64,000 nucleotides of DNA from an uncultured Bacteroidales bacterium (GTDB taxonomy: Bacteria; Bacteroidota; Bacteroidia; Bacteroidales; VadinHA17). Shown here piece by piece: positions 62,000 to 64,000 of the stretch. The notes beneath the pieces are model-generated. The model worked only from the letters and a program-made list of their open reading frames with translations, made no database searches and was not told the DNA's origin. Numbering within the stretch: the stretch's first letter is position 1; each line of letters starts with the position of its first letter. Location of the stretch: positions 801-64,800 of the forward strand of contig CAWALO010000022.1 of assembly GCA_963782945.1 (NCBI GenBank), in the 5' to 3' direction. Made by a program: the position numbers and the translations under genes.

Positions 62000-63991
62000 T
62001 CAGGAGCATTCAGGAACCTTTATCTCAGGAAGACTGACATCCTTAGGCTGCCACTTCTCATTTAACCCTGCCAGCGCGGCTTCCACTCTTTGTTGATCAA
62101 CATCACCTGCCACGATGAAACTGGCAAGCGTGGGTGAGAAACTACTGCTGTAGAAATTCTTAAGATCATCGATTGTTATGGAGCTTACCGATTCTTCTGT
62201 ACCTGCTGTTTCAACAGCAAGGATATTACCTTCGCCATAGACAAGACTGTTAAGGGTGTTCGAGGCAAGATAGCTCGGATTGGCTTTGTTTCTCTTAAGG
62301 TTATTGATAACCCTGCTTTTTGCGAGACCAAACTGCTCCTCATCCCAGCGGGGTTCAAAAAGCATCTCTTCCACAAGTGCCAGCGTCTTTTCAAAATTGC
62401 GCGCAAGAGTGCTGACCCTGACAGTTATGTTTTCATTACCGCCGGAGAATGAGATACTGGCGCCAAGCAGACGGATTGCATCCTCAAGTTCCTCAGGGGT
62501 CTTATTTGCCGTTCCTTCATTCATGAGAGATGCGGTCAGACTTGCCAATCCTGCCTTTTCAAGTGGATCAAGCAGGTGCCCTCCCTGCATAATGATCGAA
62601 TACTGTACTAGCGGAAGCTCACTATACCTTATGCCGTAAAGCTTCATTCCGTTACCCAGCGATCCTGTCCATACTGACGGAAGAGTTACTTCAGGATCAG
62701 GACCGAGGGGCGGCTGAACCGACCTGTCGATCTTTGTGGGGGTCTTGACTACCAGCTCCTCCTCTACCGCTGTCAGTTTGATCTCGGCAGCTGAAGCAAG
62801 ATCTTCCTCAACAATTCCTGCATCGACCGATCCCTCAACAATAAGATTAACTTCACCTTTCGGGACAAAACTTGTCATCACATAGTTCTTGCCCTTGATG
62901 TATTTCTGAAATACGTTTTTAATGTCTTCGGATGTAACTGCCTGCTGACCTGCGAAATCATCAGCATAAAAGGAAGGATCATCCTTATACATCTGATACT
63001 GACCGAGTGTAAATGATTTGCTTAGAATACTGCTGAAGCTATTGTAAAATCCCGTCTCGTTCCTGGCTTTCAGGGCTGTCAGGTCTTCCTCGGTGAATCC
63101 TTCCTTTTCGAAAAGGTCAAAAGACTCAAATATCGCTCTCTCAACTTCATTCAGGTTCACGCCCGGATTTGCCGTCACCGATATCTGGAAAATGCCCGCC
63201 AGTTCCAGGGCCATATTGTATGCGCCTACTCCTGAAGTCAGCTTCTTGTCCTTTACCAGAATCTTGTACATGGGTGTTTTCTTGCCGCCCGACAGAAGCT
63301 GTCCAAGGTAGTCAAGTGCGTAGGCGTCCTTTGAAAACTGCTCGACTGCAGGGAATACCATTGTAAGCCTGGGAGCCCGTGCAAAATTATCTTCGTGATA
63401 AAGTTTCACTGTAGAAGCTACTGATGTGGGGACAGGACTTCTTTTCTCAATTGGTTCGCCGGCAGGGATCTCGCCGAAATACTTTTCGACCATCGCCTTG
63501 ACCTCATCCTTGCTTATATCGCCGGCAATAACCAGGGTTGCGTTATTTGGAGAATAGAACTTTCTGTGGAAAGCCTTCACATCCTCAACAGTGGCATTCA
63601 TCAGATCCTCCATTTCACCTATTACGGTCCAGCTGTATGGATGCCCCTGGGGAAATGCGTTTGCAAGGATCAGAGCATTATTGTGTCCGTAAGGAGCGTT
63701 GTCGACACTCTGTCTCTTTTCGTTCATCACGACATTCTGCTGATTTGCAAATGCAGCCTTTGTAACAGTATTCTCCAGGTATCCCATCCTGTCCGATTCA
63801 AGCCACAGAGCCATTTCAAGAGCATTCTTCGGGACAACCTCATAGTAAACGGTGTTATCATAACTTGTTCCCCCGTTGAGTTCGCCTCCTGCTCCCTGAA
63901 TAAGTTTGAACAGCTGATCTTCTCCCACGTTCTCCGACTTCTGGAACATCATATGTTCGAAAAGATGTGCAAAACCCGTCTTGCCAGGCAC
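62000..63991 (-). CDS. M16 (pitrilysin/insulinase) zinc peptidase, N-terminal part; gene starts beyond the window
   Basis: GFAHLFEHMMF (HxxEH), NGGT, LWLESDRM, VMNEKRQ and YSPNNATLVIAGD motifs. Confidence 0.9.
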   Translation of the reverse strand: MPGKTGFAHLFEHMMFQKSENVGEDQLFKLIQGAGGELNGGTSYDNTVYYEVVPKNALEMALWLESDRMGYLENTVTKAAFANQQNVVMNEKRQSVDNAPYGHNNALILANAFPQGHPYSWTVIGEMEDLMNATVEDVKAFHRKFYSPNNATLVIAGDISKDEVKAMVEKYFGEIPAGEPIEKRSPVPTSVASTVKLYHEDNFARAPRLTMVFPAVEQFSKDAYALDYLGQLLSGGKKTPMYKILVKDKKLTSGVGAYNMALELAGIFQISVTANPGVNLNEVERAIFESFDLFEKEGFTEEDLTALKARNETGFYNSFSSILSKSFTLGQYQMYKDDPSFYADDFAGQQAVTSEDIKNVFQKYIKGKNYVMTSFVPKGEVNLIVEGSVDAGIVEEDLASAAEIKLTAVEEELVVKTPTKIDRSVQPPLGPDPEVTLPSVWTGSLGNGMKLYGIRYSELPLVQYSIIMQGGHLLDPLEKAGLASLTASLMNEGTANKTPEELEDAIRLLGASISFSGGNENITVRVSTLARNFEKTLALVEEMLFEPRWDEEQFGLAKSRVINNLKRNKANPSYLASNTLNSLVYGEGNILAVETAGTEESVSSITIDDLKNFYSSSFSPTLASFIVAGDVDQQRVEAALAGLNEKWQPKDVSLPEIKVPECS

Positions 63992-64000
63992 TTCACGACT

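Overview
Bacteroidota-type DNA (SusC/SusD pair, TAnnTTTG promoters). About 51 kb (~9.9-61.2 kb) looks like an acquired island: it is bounded by a near-identical hairpin repeat, one copy abutting the 3' end of tRNA-Leu(TAA). The island is a large, almost all minus-strand pectin locus that appears built around branched-chain sugars. It contains: (i) GH28-GH2-GH127-GH78-GH140-GH43-GH28, resembling enzymes for the inner part of rhamnogalacturonan-II side chain B; (ii) a kinase-less module (anion MFS transporter, single-Cys racemase-fold protein, split transketolase, transaldolase-cupin fusion), proposed here as a candidate aceric acid catabolic pathway; (iii) six intact and two decayed secreted nucleoside-hydrolase-fold DUF1593 proteins, proposed as candidate apiofuranosidases; (iv) an apiose-type isomerase/kinase/transketolase pathway pieced together from two reciprocally eroded operons; (v) SusC/D, PL1, GH105, an SGNH esterase, and DeoR and AraC regulators. 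Flanks carry an ABC permease between att-like sites, psd, a CsxA-like GH2, a Tat-signal enolase-family enzyme and a frameshifted M16 peptidase. Family calls come from motif recognition by eye, without database searches; substrate assignments are inference.
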